Positions 13,200-27,359 of a DNA stretch of 64,000 nt are shown here, one piece after another. Numbering within the stretch: the stretch's first letter is position 1; each line of letters opens with the position of its first letter. Source of the DNA: Octopus vulgaris. Taxonomy: Eukaryota. The notes beneath the pieces were generated by a model, which saw nothing but the letters and a program-made list of their open reading frames with translations, did no database searches and was not told the DNA's origin. The position numbers and the translations under genes are program-made. The stretch is taken from NCBI GenBank assembly GCA_951406725.2, contig OX597815.1:76942001-77006000 (forward strand), written 5' to 3'.

Positions 13200-14504
13200 T
13201 TTAATGTACATACGTACGTACGTATGTATGTATGTATGTATGTATGTATGTATGTATGTATGTATGTATGTATGTATGTATGTAGGTATGTAGGTATGCT
13301 AATGCATCGCTATAAAGTATCATTATTGACAGTCTACTATGATATTTAGACAATTCTTTGAAAATAATTGATTGCAAAAATAAATTAATTAATACAACGA
13401 AGTAGGAATTTATTAAAACACAAATAGAGAAATAAATGAAAATATCAAAAGATGAAGTGTGAGTGTTGATGTTTCTGCTTTGGTGTGCATGTGTATGTTG
13501 TGTGAGTGTTCGCACATGCGTATATCTGTCTCTGTGAAAAAGAAAACGAATTTTAGAAGAGTGAAGAATAATATTGATGATAAATAGTCACGTTTTCCAT
13601 TCACAGTCAACTGCCAACGATCTTTGTCTCGATATAGTTATCCTAATACATGCTGTGTATTTATTAGGTTGCTGCCCTGAGGTAAATTATTTCGTTTATT
13701 GTTTTGAGTTAACAAATATGAATTCTAATGATATAGCCTCGTTTTGGTGGTTCTAAATCTATCCGTGATGCATCAACTTCGATATTTCACTAAATTACGA
13801 AATGGGCCACCTGCACCTATGTATTGATTTCTGATTATGGAATAGGTTTTCAGATGAACGAGGTTGATGTGCTAGATCTTATCTTTCTTAGAGGCAATAA
13901 GATTTTGAATAAAATTTATTGACTTCATCCAAAATTGAAAAGAATCTCTTTCTTGCGTCTCCTTTAAACTGCTCAAATTTTGGTGTCCATTTATATATAG
14001 TTACATCTGATTAACAATGAATTGTGAAGACGAACATACATATCAAAAGTGAAACGAATTTCCATTTTTAAATTTCCATTCCCAGTAATCGAAACTTAGC
14101 TGTGTGTCTATTCACAGATAGTAATTCTACTTGTTAGAAAAAGAGATTCAAACTAACAAACCGTGAAATTTGTATAATGGTGTGTAAAAATGTTAAGCGG
14201 TCCGCACAGCAATTGTTGCAGAGCTACAATGTTAGCATTTCCTGGTTCTAACATTACTACTAATCATTCGACGAAGAAAGAAAATGTTAGTCAAGCATCA
14301 ATTTTTTTATATTATTTAAAATGAAAGTAAAACACAAAACAAAATCAATAACTATTTATTTTTGAATATTATAAAGCGGTCTAAAATGATACGAAATTAA
14401 CTTACAATACAATATTCACAGTTCGGCGTGCGGCTAAGCCACTAAAATTCAATGGCATATTCTTATATCTTAACAATTTCTAGAATTCAATGTAACAATG
14501 GGGG

Positions 14505-14679
14505 ATGGCATGCCTGTATGGTTTAGAAACTCTTTTTGTAACCACGTGGTTTCCGGTTCATTCTTACTGTGTGGCACCAACTTGGGCAGGTGTCTTCTTT
14601 GCCTTGTGATTGAATTTGGTAGACGGATACTAGGTGGAAGCTCGTAGTGTATACATACATATATTTGTATATTTGTATA

Positions 14680-14727
<48 letters not shown>

Positions 14728-14950
14728 TGTGTGTGTGTTTGTTTGTTTGTTCCCTTACCGCTTGACAACCGGTGTCGGTTTGTTCAGGTTCCCGTAACTT
14801 AGGGATTCGGCAAAACGAACTCGATTGAATAAATGCCAGACTTTAAAACAAAAAGTAATAAGCACTGGAGCCGATTTGTTCGACTAAAGCCTTCAAGGCG
14901 GTACCCCAGCATGGTTACAGTCCAATGACTGAAACAAGAAAAAGATAAAA
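14505..14950 (+). mobile_element. tRNA-derived SINE family B with internal (TG)n microsatellite
   Basis: tRNA-like head, CTTGGGCA(A/G)GTGTCTTCT, internal TG repeat, tail ...ccagcatgg...aatgactgaaacaag; homologous to 17130, 19700, 36670 and 53440. Confidence 0.85.
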
Positions 14951-15934
14951 AATATACATTAGTGCTAAACCTTTCTGTTCAACAGTTATGATGCTTTTCC
15001 ACATGACTGCTGAAACGTTAACTTTTTAAATCAATTTTATTATTCTTTCTAATATTAGTATTGATGCTTAAAAAATATTATTGATAAATTGCCTCACTTG
15101 CAAAATATGGTTCAATAAGATTGAGATTCGACACGTCAATATAACAAATTAGAGACTTTCTGTCCCTTTTTTATTTGAAATTAATGATGTTTTCTCTGAA
15201 AAGATGTAACAAAAAAAAAGTACAATAGTAATTATAAACATTATTTCTTTCATAAGATGACTTTCACTGATTCATTAAAATAATATTGCTGTCAGTTTAG
15301 ATTAATAAGTGGAGATGTTTAATGTTTTTTAAACACTTTCTTAAAAATTCTATCTAACAAAAATTACAAAAAAAATGTCTTTCTCTAATTAGTGGTTTAT
15401 CGCTTCAAGACAATCTTGAACCTATCATTCTGTTTTTCTGTTGTTGTTCTTTTTTCACTCGAAGAGACTACACCTGCTTTCAATGAGAAGCACTTATTAA
15501 TTTTACTATTGATCTAAATTCTGCATTCAGCGGTTGAGTCCTAATTAAATGCTACAGACGCACAGTTTGTTCAAATAAATATAAAAGATTAGAAAGTTTA
15601 TTTAATAGTCTCTATCAAATGATTAGTCTGAAAGTATGGTTGTATCATCTACGAACCATAACCACTCATAAATAATATGCTATTATTTTAGAATACTCGA
15701 CGTGAAAATTCTTTTTAATTCAAAATTTATTCTCTATTGATCTGTTACTTGTAACCTATTATCACTTCCTTCTTTCTTTCTTTGCCCTTACATAGTTAAT
15801 TCAACATTAACGTATTTAATGCACTTTGCATTAAATACTCTATTGACAACTAATTATTATGCGGCGAGAAAAAAAACAATATTAATCCACTGACTAATAT
15901 TGTTCAAACCATTTTGGCGAATATGGGAGATAAC

Positions 15935-15975
15935 AGCTGACATGTTTCAGCCGAGTTATAACCTCATTAGCGAAA
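15935..15975 (-). ncRNA. Degenerate hammerhead-like motif
   Basis: Minus: CTAATGA-GGTT...GGCT-GAA-ACATGT-C; palindromic stem III with GUC site, but core G5 mutated and stem I poor. Confidence 0.35.
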
Positions 15976-16009
15976 CATAGATGTCATACTACTAATAAAT
16001 GTTTCTGAA

Positions 16010-16635
16010 TTAAACCCAAGGTTAGCAGTTTTTGAAGTGTTGGGGTTAGTCGATATGACCAACCCCAGTACTTGTTTGATATTTTAGTCTATCAACCCCG
16101 AAATGGTAAAAGACGATGTTGATCTTGTCGGGATTTGAATGTAAAAAGTTAGAAGAAATGCCCAAAGTATGTTTTCCGATTGTTTTAATTATTCCATCAG
16201 CTCGTTACTCCTACTTTAATAATACATTCTAATATAGATACAAGGCCTGAAATTTGTAGGGAATGTGTAGTCGATTACATCGACCCAAGTACTCGATAGC
16301 TACTTTATTAACTCCGAAAGGATGAAAGGCAAAGTCTTCCTCGCTGGAATTTGAACTCAGAATGTAAGGCCTGAACAAATGCTGCAAAGCATTTTGTCCG
16401 GCGCGCTAACATTTCTGCCTGCTCACCACCTTCCTCATCATAGTAATAATCCTTTCTTCTATTAGCACAAGCCCTAGAACTTGGGGTTGGGGTTTGAGCG
16501 TTAGTCGATTACATCAACCCAATGCGTCACTTGTACTTATTTCATCGACCCCGTAAGGATGAAAGACAAAGTCGACTTTTGTAGAACTCAGAACGTAAAG
16601 ACCGAAGGAATACCGCAAAGAATTTTGTCCGGCCT
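16010..16635 (-). mobile_element. Three adjacent copies of tRNA-derived SINE family A
   Basis: Repeated cgaaaggatgaaaggcaaagtc...gaatttgaactcagaa (reverse complement of the B-box GTTCAAATTCC and conserved core). Confidence 0.85.
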
Positions 16636-17129
16636 TGTGCCAAAATTTGAAGCCATTATAATTATTAGTCAATGATTATTATTGATCCTTTTCTTCACAT
16701 GATGATCACTGAGTTAGCGTTTTAATGGTCCCTGCTGCTTTCTATACAGATGGCGTCTCTTGGAAATTTATCTACCGTGCATAGCTCTTCTGTATTATCT
16801 GTTATCATCTTTATATGCGCCTATATTCATACGCATTATCATTGTCATCGTTTATTAAATCATATCTTCGTTTTGGAACTTGGAAAACCAATGTGACTTC
16901 AATGATTATTCAGAGAATCACGGGAACAAAGTAATTATGTGTAATATTATTTCCTTTCATGTATTTCGATAACAGTCATTTCCAAGATTCCATAACGTTA
17001 AGTAGATAAGATACATATATTCTCCCTGGATATGACGCAACAATAGTGTTGAATTACGAGTTCTACTCAAAATAAATTAGTCTTTATAAAAGAGAAGGTT
17101 ATAACTTTAATTACAACGTAATCAAACGT

Positions 17130-17500
17130 GTTTCCTGCAAAATTTCTCAAATGTTGATACCACACACCTAGTATTCTTTTCAGGTTTCGCAGCGCACACC
17201 AGAATGGGGTTTGAGAAGTAGTTCGCAGTTCCCGTAGCGAATGTTTTTTTGTGTACTTATTTATGTGTAGGTATTTTATGGGTGTGTTTGTCACCTACCA
17301 TCGCTTGATAATCAGTGTTGGTTTGTTTACGTTCCCATAACTTAGCGGTTAGGCAAAGGAGACCGATAGCGTAAGTACCAGACTAACAAAAAAGGAAAAC
17401 ATAAGATCAGAAATAGGCTTGTTCAACTGAAACCCATCAGTGCGGTGCTCCAGCATCGCCGCACTCCAATGACAGAAACAAATAAAAGGCAAAAGATAAA
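17130..17500 (+). mobile_element. SINE family B, degraded
   Basis: catcgcttga...gtttacgt...aacttagcggtt...gcggtgctccagcat matches the other copies. Confidence 0.75.
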
Positions 17501-17560
17501 AGCAGTTCCAATATAAATCTGCCCATATGCTTTAAGTTAAAGTAAAAACGGATAAAACAA

Positions 17561-17633
<73 letters not shown>

Positions 17634-17682
17634 GAAAGAGAGCGATACATACATACAAACATGCATGCATACATACATACAT

Positions 17683-17770
17683 CCCAAAGATGGAGCCTTG
17701 TATCTTTGTTTGAAACCGGCTCCCTCCTCAGTGGAAGATTTATAATTAAAAAGTAGAAGATACATTCATA
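17683..17770 (+). mobile_element. Terminal 3' fragment related to the (CATA)n-associated RLE element
   Basis: ggagccttgtatct...gaaaccggct is similar to the reverse complement of 12735-12775; flanked by CATA repeats. Confidence 0.5.
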
Positions 17771-17775
17771 CATAC

Positions 17776-17864
<89 letters not shown>

Positions 17865-18324
17865 CGTGCGTGCGTGTGTGTATGAGTGAGTGCATAATAT
17901 ACTTGTACTTGTATATGTGTGTGTTTGCGCGTGAAAATTCGTTTAACATACCATTTTATTGCTTCAGGTAACGAAAAATATATATCTAAAAACTACTTTT
18001 TTAATTGCCTGTCCTGATACCATATAAATGTAATTTCATTGCAACCTGATATCTTTCGCTGTTTCTCTGGAAGTATATTTTATTTATTTAATTCAGTCTT
18101 GTGACATACAACTTTAGATAATCAAAAATCAGAACTAGAAATTTTTTTTATGTTTTGTTTATCGACCAGTAACTCTTTAAAGCTTTAAGACTTCCCTGAA
18201 ATTGTAGTACTATCAGAGGCACTGCCACTTCGGGATAAATTCTACAGATAGAGAAGTACCGCAAGCAGCATCTGTTAAAGGTGCGCGCAGAATGCGAAAC
18301 ATTTTTGCATGCATTAGAAGTATC

Positions 18325-18545
18325 AGAATATTGGTTTCAAATTTTGGCACCGGACCAGCAATGTTAGGGTAGAAGATAGGTCAATGTAACCGACCTTTGT
18401 GCTCAACTGGTATTTATTTTATTGACCCACAGAAGGAAAATGGCAAAATTAACCTCATGGAATTTAAACTCAGAACGTAAAGACGGACGAAATGCGACTA
18501 TAGCATTTTACCCGGCGTGCTAACGATCCTGTTGGTTCACCGCCT
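18325..18545 (-). mobile_element. SINE family A
   Basis: aactcagaacgtaaagacggacgaaatg...cgtgctaacgat...caccgcc. Confidence 0.85.
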
Positions 18546-18899
18546 CACTGTATCTGAATATTGATAATCTGTGAAGTTATTCCAAACATAAGCTAACGCT
18601 GAATGAACAGGTCAGACAATCAAACGAATTCATTGGGAAGATCGACGCACGGCTTTCTTTTTGGCCAGGACGGACAATCAGTTTTTTGTTATTTGATGGC
18701 TACAGCGATGGAAACAGCGTGATAGACATGTCTGAAACAACTAAGGAGAAAAACTTTCTTATTTCAATCACTCACAAATATTTTTCACGCTACACAAGGG
18801 GAGAATGATAAAGGCGGAATGGCACATACGCTAAGTATACAGCGAATGACAGCTAGGTAAACGAACTTGCCCTTGGATTCAGGTATAATCCGGCAGATA

Positions 18900-19072
18900 T
18901 GACACAAAATGCTTAGCGGCATTTAGTCCGTCTTTACGTTCTGAGTTTAAATTCTGTCGAGGTCGAAATTGCCTTTCATCCTTTCGGGGTCGATAGATTA
19001 AGTAACAGTGGGATCGATATAAGCGATTAGTCCTCTCCCTAAAATTTCTGCCCTTGTGGCAAAATTTGAAAC

Positions 19073-19135
<63 letters not shown>
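18900..19135 (+). mobile_element. SINE family A with (TTA)n tail
   Basis: aaatgcttagcgg...gcctttcatcctttcggggtcgata...cttgtg followed by (TTA)n. Confidence 0.85.
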
Positions 19136-19136
<1 letters not shown>

Positions 19137-19269
19137 CCTTTGATATTGTCCTCCATGTCTTGGGCCCTATTTGCAAATAACAGAAATCATCATCATCATC
19201 ATTTTCATTATTATTGTTATTATTATTTCTATTTTACTGTGTCACAGATTTTCTATTTTGTTCGGTTTA

Positions 19270-19899
19270 ATTATACTTCCTATCGAACCACAATTCGTTG
19301 TCTAAGATGAGGAGCATCTTTTCCGCTATTCCTTAGCTATTCTTACATTGAATAGAAGCCTTTTAAAACATTTCTTTTTTTAACCTAGCATACATACATT
19401 CTTTACTGTAACCACAACTTCATTCAAATCAAGTTTTTCAAGGCTTTTTCTTGAATTTTTGTCGTTGTTCCTAACGCTCCAATAACTGGCAGAGTCACAA
19501 CCTTGTCAACTTTTCTGTTCCAGTATGTGAGCATTTCATACTTCAAGTGGGTATACTACTCTACTTTTGGCGTTCATTTCTTTTTCTTCTGTTGTGAAAT
19601 GGACATGCCACGTTGATTACTATACATAGCTTCTTCATCTTGTCAATGACTACAATACCCCATCTGTTCTCTTCTATTCTTCCTTCGGATTACTCCTTTT
19701 TTTTTACTCTTTTACTTGTTTCAGTCATTTGAGTGCGGCCATAGTGGAGCACAACCTTTAGTCGAAAAAATCGACTTTGTAAGCCTAGTGCTTATTCTGT
19801 CGGTATTTTTGTCGAATCGCTAAATTACGGGGGCGTAAACACACCAACATCGGTTGTCAAGCGATGGTAAGGTGACAAACGCAGACACACATACACACA

Positions 19900-19945
<46 letters not shown>

Positions 19946-20300
19946 GATATATATATACATATACGAGGGACTTCTTCCAGTTTCCGACTACCAAATCCAC
20001 TCACAAGGTTTTAGCCGTCCCGAGGCTATAGAAAGACACTTGCCCAAGGTGCTACGCAGTGGGACTGAGCTCGGAACCGTGTGGTTGGGAAGCAAGTTTC
20101 TTACCACACAGCCACTATAAACTTTTCACAATAACCTCACTTCAATATTCGCAGAAAATGGTTATAGCTTTCTAAGTGCGAGCAAAATTTCTGGCAAATG
20201 TTCCAGTATTGTTGCAACAATCTTATGATGCTTGCAGTTTTTTTTTTCATTCATTCTGAGCTAACTGCAGCAACTATATGTAACTACACGTGTTATATAC
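19270..20300 (-). mobile_element. Degraded R4/Dong-like RLE fragment interrupted by a SINE B insertion
   Basis: YTHLKYEMLTYWNRKVDKVVTLPVIGALGTT on one side; weak HxVxxC...KHHKIVA remnant on the other. Confidence 0.6.
19700..20117 (-). mobile_element. SINE family B, full length, internal CA/TA microsatellite
   Basis: Minus head gtggctgtgtggtaagaaacttgcttcccaaccac...cagtcccactgcgt; tail gactcaaatgactgaaacaagtaaaaga-like. Confidence 0.9.
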
Positions 20301-20976
20301 GTAATGTACTGAATGATAATTGTACCAAACGTTAAGGCTTTATTAGACCATGAATGTAACGGGAAAGCATAAATAACACCCGTGCGTTATGTTTACGTAG
20401 GTCATGTGACAGTATGGACGAGAATTACACCAAAAGTCAATGCTGTGTTACTTCATTGAGTATGCCATTTAGCAGTATGAACAATAGGTTGTCAGGATAA
20501 GTGAAAATAGAGATATAACCTACTTGTTTCTGTATATAATTGCCTATGTGTTTGCGTATGAAAATATGAACCACAATAGTGCAACGTCTCTGTTTATTAT
20601 GTTGTTAGAGCTTATTCAGTCTTTGTATCTATTTTTTAAAATTTTGTGTTTGATTTGTGATTTCATCCGGGCAAAGATAAACTAGGAAGACTAAAAAGTT
20701 TTCATGATCTGTTTGTTACCCAAAAAGTCTAAACTTTAGACAGGCTGCATGGGCAGCTTGCAGCCATCGACGTGTTGTTGTATGGTCCTCAACGAGTTTC
20801 TAGGTTACTAATTTCATACTAAGACAAACAAAATTCAGAAGAACTGCAAAAAATTCAGTGTAAAGTAGGCAAGTAATATTTGATGCATATGTGTTTTATC
20901 ATGCGGTTCTCTCCCATTTGGAAATGGCACGATGCAGTCCCCTGTTGACGAAAAGTTGCCCATCCCTAAATGTTCA

Positions 20977-21030
<54 letters not shown>

Positions 21031-21544
21031 TATGTACATTATATGTGTGTATAGGTGTATGTAGGTAGGCATATATAGTATTTGTGTATGTATACATGTA
21101 TGTACGTATGCATTTATTTATGCATGTATATGTATGTGTGAAAGTCTGTGCACTTATGTGTATATATAACACACTCTATATGTATATCTATAACAGTTTT
21201 TTGCTCAATTCCACGTTCAAGTTTCGTACCTGTTGGACACGTTTACTACATTAGACGTTCGAAGATAGAAAAGTGATGATTTAAAAGAAAAATACAAAGT
21301 TCCATATTCCTCGCATTAATGTTGAATGTTAAAAATACTATTTAACTTATGCTGTTTTCTTAGAAAAACTAAGTGGAATGTTAACGACTGCTCATACAGA
21401 CTAGCTTCTTGTGATATTTAAAAGAGGCACTCTATATTTCCGCTATCACTTACAACTAAGAATTTAGGGTGGCCTGGCTAAATTTGACTGTTTGTATAAA
21501 AGTTAAAGAAAACACAATATCAATTCCAAAAATGAAAGTATTTT

Positions 21545-22290
21545 TTAAATTTCAAAAAATATCAACTAGATTATGGCTGAGGGTAGCCTCCACCACCACC
21601 TGAAGACGGCTCCGGAACCTGACGCATGCGTCACTCACTGAGTCTCTGGGAAGATTTTCGAACATCATCTTAGCCAGCGGTGTCACAGGCAGAGCGAGTG
21701 GTGTCTTTCTCAACCGCACCCCACTCATAGTAATCAATGGGAATAAAATCGAAGGAATTAGGAGGCCAGAAACTGGGGCTGATGTAGTCATAGTAATTGT
21801 CCGACAACCACTTCTGTCTCTTTCTGGGGTTATTGCAAAGAACTAAATCCTGTTACCATATATATGACTTTCCAGCAGTGAACCTCTCCAGTCAGGTTTG
21901 ACCACAGTGTCCAGCCGTCTGAATTGAGCCTAAGGCCCTGTTAAAAGTTGTGATACGGCTTGACATCACCCTCACTACTGACACAACCCCAAAATTATTA
22001 CAGTTCGAGAAAACTTGGTTTCTTTGATATATTAGACATCACATAGATTGTAGGCACGTTTTCACAGAGCAATGATCAGTGATCATCGTGTCAGATGTTG
22101 ATACCCGGCGTGAAACAGCATGATAAAGGTAGCTCTTTTCCAATATTAAAATGGCTTCAAGTCCTCTAAGTCAGTTAAATTTTTCTCAACTACCAGTTTA
22201 ATTTTTATGTTCTCCAATGTCGTTGACTGTTCACCATTGATCAAACTTTCCTCGAAAAAAATTAGACATGCAAAATCACCCGTACACCTT
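21545..22290 (-). mobile_element. Degraded Tc1/mariner-superfamily (possibly maT/DD37D-like) transposase remnant
   Basis: NSFDFIPIDYYEWG (SPDLNPLDY-like) and ACVRFRSRLQVVVEA C-terminal motif. Confidence 0.6.
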
Positions 22291-22906
22291 TTATATGTAC
22301 AGACATGTAGGCGTACGTATATGTTTATATGTGTGTGTGTATGTGTGTGTGTCTGTGTGTGTGTGTGTGTGTCTGTGTGTGTGTGTGTGTGTGTGTCTGT
22401 GTCTGCGTATGTATGTATGTATGTATGTATACGAAAGTATGTATATGTATGTGTGTGTGTTTGTATGTATGTATACATACATAAGCATATATTTAATCGA
22501 GAGGAAGTTGCAAAAGTAACTCGAGAGCAGGGGATTTAGGGGATATTTACATACATATAAATATATATATAAAAAATAAATACACACACACACACAAACA
22601 CACACACAAACACACATACATACATATTCATTTATAAATGATAACAGACAGGACGAGCCTCAACAGAAAACACGAATGGAGCAATAACACCCACCATCAC
22701 CACACTACGCAACACAACGACTAAAGACAGAAGGGAGCAAAGACATAGATACAAACAGTGTAATATACAAACCTATACATACACACACAGAAGACGCACA
22801 TGCACATACTTATGATGAAATATAAGAAATAGAGATAAATAAGTAAATGTATGGGGGAAAACTATATAAAGGTCACAGATACAAATAATATAGTAAGACA
22901 ACTCAT

Positions 22907-22939
<33 letters not shown>

Positions 22940-23221
22940 ACACACATTAGACATAGACACGCGCATACACACGCACAAATACACACACAGATACACACGC
23001 AAACGCATACGCAGAAAAGGATACACATCATTAAAAGACTAAGCAGAACAGGACGATACACGTGGGATGGAAGAGTTGCTGCAGAGGTCACAGACGTGTA
23101 ACGAAAAAATTCCAGACAATGGACAAAAGATAAAATAAGAACAATAATAAATGAGTGAATAACAAATATATAGTGCGTATGTTTATTTGGCATGAAAAAG
23201 AAAATTACTGTCCCTAAATAT

Positions 23222-23278
<57 letters not shown>

Positions 23279-23283
23279 CATAG

Positions 23284-23609
23284 ATAATACAGATGGGTTG
23301 CGGTTCACTACAGCTGTTTCAGGTGTGTTCTTTATTGATGAACAAAAGTGCTGCATCATGAAAAAATGTTTTCATCGGGTGAATACAAGTAAATATTAAC
23401 AATAAGAACTTCTTCCAAAACGCGACATAGTACCAGATGACTCACCCAACCTGCCAAAATCAGCTCTTATTGTTAATTTTTACCTGTATTCACCCGATGA
23501 AAGTGCTTTTTTTGTTTTTGTCTTTCTTTCTGCATGATGTAACACTTTTAGCCATCAATAAAGATCACGCCTGAAACAGCTGTAGTGAACTGCAACACAT
23601 ATGTGTTAT
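23284..23609. repeat. Inverted repeat (23284-23408 / 23464-23609), each arm carrying a hammerhead-like motif
   Basis: The arms are reverse complements; both read TTCAC-CCGATGA-(long loop)-GAA-ACAGCTGT-A-GTGAA outward. Confidence 0.85.
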
Positions 23610-23677
23610 TATTTATTCTTCAGCTAACTCGGGACCTTCCATACGTTTCTATGTATGTATGTACATACGTACTTAGG

Positions 23678-23718
<41 letters not shown>

Positions 23719-23738
23719 TGTATGCATGTATACGTACA

Positions 23739-23825
<87 letters not shown>

Positions 23826-23918
23826 ATGCACGTGTTATGTAGATATGCATGTATGCCTATATAGCATATGCTTGTATTGAAACTGGAGTTTTCATCATAT
23901 CTAACAATCTCTCTCCCC

Positions 23919-24003
<85 letters not shown>

Positions 24004-24631
24004 CATACATACATACATACATACATACATACATACATACATACATACATACACATACATACATACATACATACATACATACATACATACATACATACAT
24101 ACATACATACATACATACATACATACATACATACATTACGCGTCCAACAGAGATTTTAAAGTATTTTATTGGATTTTCATTCTTTCATTCTTACAAATAG
24201 TAGGCGATGGTTCCTGATTCTCTATCAAATCAACATTTAACTATATATATTGTACCTATATACAATAGCTAAATATGAAGCTAAGGTGCTATATTTCTGT
24301 ATCAGGCCAAATTACCTTGATTTTTACATCTATATTATTCTTCATTCAGATAATATACAACTGTGATGTAGTATGTGTGTACTGAAGTGCCCATCTGTGT
24401 ACGTATGGATATGTGTGTATGAGTGGTTGTGTATACACACATTTTGCATATTCTTGTAGTATACATGTATCAAATTCTTTTGGAGTATACATAAATAACC
24501 AGTATTTTAATGGAGGAGAGATTGTAGTATATAATACAATTCAGAAGGGATATAATCTAAAGTGAAGTTCCTTAAATTGGAAATTTATATCGGATCGCAG
24601 ATTCAATTTCCTAGGGGGATACGCACACACG

Positions 24632-24665
<34 letters not shown>

Positions 24666-24837
24666 TGTATGTATGTATGTATGTATGTATGTATGTATGT
24701 ATGCATGCATGCATGCATGCATGCATGCATGTATGTATGCATGCATGCATGTATGTATGTATGTATGTATGTATGTATGTATGTATGCGTGCGTGCATGC
24801 ATGCATGTATGCGTGTATTAATATATCTATGTATATA

Positions 24838-25052
24838 AGGCGGCGAGCTGGCAGAAACGTTAGCACGCTGGTCGAAATGCTTAGCGTTATTTCTTCTCTT
24901 TTTACTTTCTGAGTTCAAATTCCACTGAGGTCGACTTAGCCTTTTATACTATCGGAGTTGATAAATGAAGTACCATTTGCATACAGGGGTCGATCTAATC
25001 GACTGACCCCCACCCCCAAAATTTCGGGCCTTGTTCCTAAAATAGAAAAGAA
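24838..25052 (+). mobile_element. SINE family A, full length
   Basis: aaggcggcgagcTGGCAGAAACGttag (A box) ... gaGTTCAAATTCC (B box) ... cccaaaatttcgggccttg...agaaaagaat. Confidence 0.9.
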
Positions 25053-25859
25053 TATATCTACGTATATACATACGTGTGTGTATGTGTTTGTGCGTGTGCA
25101 TATGTGTGTGTGTGCGCGCGCTTGTGTATTATGAAACTGCATAATTCCTTTTATGACATGTCTCATTTCTTTGAATATTTCTCTATTGATGTCATTTAAC
25201 ACTTGACATTTCGGACCAATGTATTAGATTGATTTGAACACCAGAAAATGTTTTTCGAGATATAAAAGTCAAGATATTCTGTGAAATTAAATCTATAATA
25301 ATTCAAAATTTTGAAGATTAAAGAAATTATATACACTAAACTAGAATGTCAGAAAGAAAGTCCTCATTTTAAAGTTATAAACTGTTTTTTTTATTTCCCT
25401 ATTAGTAACATCAACATAATTATCTTCCTTAGTAATGAGGACATTGAAAAGACACAAAATGTGTTAGAATGAAGTCGTTTCTAGATATTTATTGCTTCAG
25501 AGACAAGTGGAGAGCTGAGTTTGTAAGTCGTTGGTTAAAACTATTTCGTCTCACTTCAAAAGTCAATTCATTATCATTGAAAAGTCATCCTTATTTCCTG
25601 CGCATTGTTTTATCATGATCGTAAGTATCAAAATTAAAGCTATGATATACTAAGAGTATTATTTCAGGTAATTTAGAAGGGGTAATTAAAGCACACTTTG
25701 GAAAAAGGTTGACGAGAAGATTACTGATTACAGTTAAAACCAAGTTGATATCAAGCTGCATCAAATGCAAAATAATTAGATATGAGAAAATACCTGTAGA
25801 AGATACATGATCACCATAATCATCATCATTAAACCTTCAAATTACTGCTTCGAGTCCTA

Positions 25860-26095
25860 GAACTCATGGAAGTGATTACCTGGTTTCCATGGCGTATACG
25901 TGACCGAGATTACAACATTCTCGCTAGACATGGTGCCGGTCTGTGGCAGGGTTACACATTTACAGCTGAGTGAAATGGAGCCACGTGAAAGGAACCCTTT
26001 TTCTTGAGAACACAATCCACCGCTCAGTTCGGGAATGGAAACCATGATCTTGCTATCACGAGAGCAACATCCCAACAACGAGGTCACGCGCCTTC
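25860..26095 (-). mobile_element. Diverged tRNA-derived SINE (third family)
   Basis: tRNA-like head on minus, then cactcagctgtaaatg core; loosely related to 36420 and 42545. Confidence 0.5.
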
Positions 26096-26431
26096 GCTTC
26101 GCAAATATAACGACTGATTATTATTTACAACACGATCTTTTATATTTCTAATTTAAGTTTAACATGCGTGAGGCCAATATTAGAAATCAAATAAAACCGT
26201 GTCCATAGATGAAAACATGTTAAATATGTGTATATAATTCTTTACATAAATGTTCACATCAAGTAATTGCATTCAAACATCTGACTCTATGTTGCTTTAA
26301 AAAGCACGTTTCCACAATGTCGGTGAATGGGAGGGGAATTTGGTAGTTTTAATTATGATCATGTCTCAATGTTAATGATCTTAACTCATAAATATATATA
26401 TATACGAACATGTATAAATACACATATATGT

Positions 26432-26466
<35 letters not shown>

Positions 26467-26625
26467 CATATATATATGTATATATATATATATATTTGTA
26501 TATATATATATATATATGTTTGTTTTTATGTTCAGTTATAGTAAAAATAATTTTACATTAATTTGATAGATTACTCTATACTTTGTGGAGTACAAATTTA
26601 GCATTCTTATAAAAGAATGGTATTG

Positions 26626-26669
26626 ACAGTAACTTCAAAGTTTCGGTCAGCTACACCATCGTCGGACTG
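26626..26669 (-). ncRNA. Minimal type-I hammerhead-like motif
   Basis: Minus: GCAGT-CCGACGA-T-GGT-gtagctg-ACC-GAA-ACTT-tg-AAGT-T-ACTGT; all three stems pair; U4C core variant. Confidence 0.65.
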
Positions 26670-26672
26670 CAG

Positions 26673-26736
<64 letters not shown>

Positions 26737-27126
26737 TACACCTAGATATATCTGTATACTTCTGTATGTACATGTAAATACAGATAAATAAATATGTAAA
26801 ATATATATATTTACAACATATATATGTATAATACAAATATATAGAAATCGATACGTTCGCGTTAATATATTAAAAATACATACAGTAATATTATATTCAT
26901 GATTATCCATAGAGGCACCTTTAGACCTATATATGCTGCTGTATTGCATAATACTATTATGGTAGAAATCGATATTATATAATAAAATAAGCAGGGATCT
27001 TTTTGAAATCTCCCTGCTATATTGATACAAGTTATCATACATTGATGCATGCTCTTATATATTTATATGTCAGTGTGTGCATGCATACGTGTGCCGGCCT
27101 GTAAGTACGGGTGCAATATATATATA

Positions 27127-27358
27127 TATCACGTGATCACGTGACCGACCAGTCCATCAGATGTAGTTACACATCGCTGGTCACAATGCGTTCGCATTGT
27201 TTTAGCCTTCGAATGACGCCACCCCGCTGGCTAAACGATCAGGCCAACAGAGGAAAGAGTATGAGAAAGAGTGGTGAAAGAGTACAGCAGGGATCACCGC
27301 CCCCTGCCGGAGCCTCGTGGAGCTTTTAGGTGTTTTCGCTCAATAAACACACACAACG
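27127..27358. repeat. TA-anchored interspersed repeat (second copy 61098-61218)
   Basis: atcacgtgatcacgtgaccgaccag...ttagccttcgaa.gacgccacc near-identical at both loci, each next to (TA)n. Confidence 0.85.
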
Positions 27359-27359
27359 T

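Noticed and set aside
14984-15023. AGTT...GAAACGTT-AACT hammerhead-like shape
   Set aside because: Core reads ATGATGC and stem II does not pair; too degenerate.
17700-17740. CTGAGGA plus stem on the minus strand
   Set aside because: No GAAA/NUH half; part of the RLE element terminus.
24838-24925. tRNA-like A/B boxes here and in other SINE heads
   Set aside because: No intact cloverleaf; they continue into SINE core and tail, so not tRNA genes.
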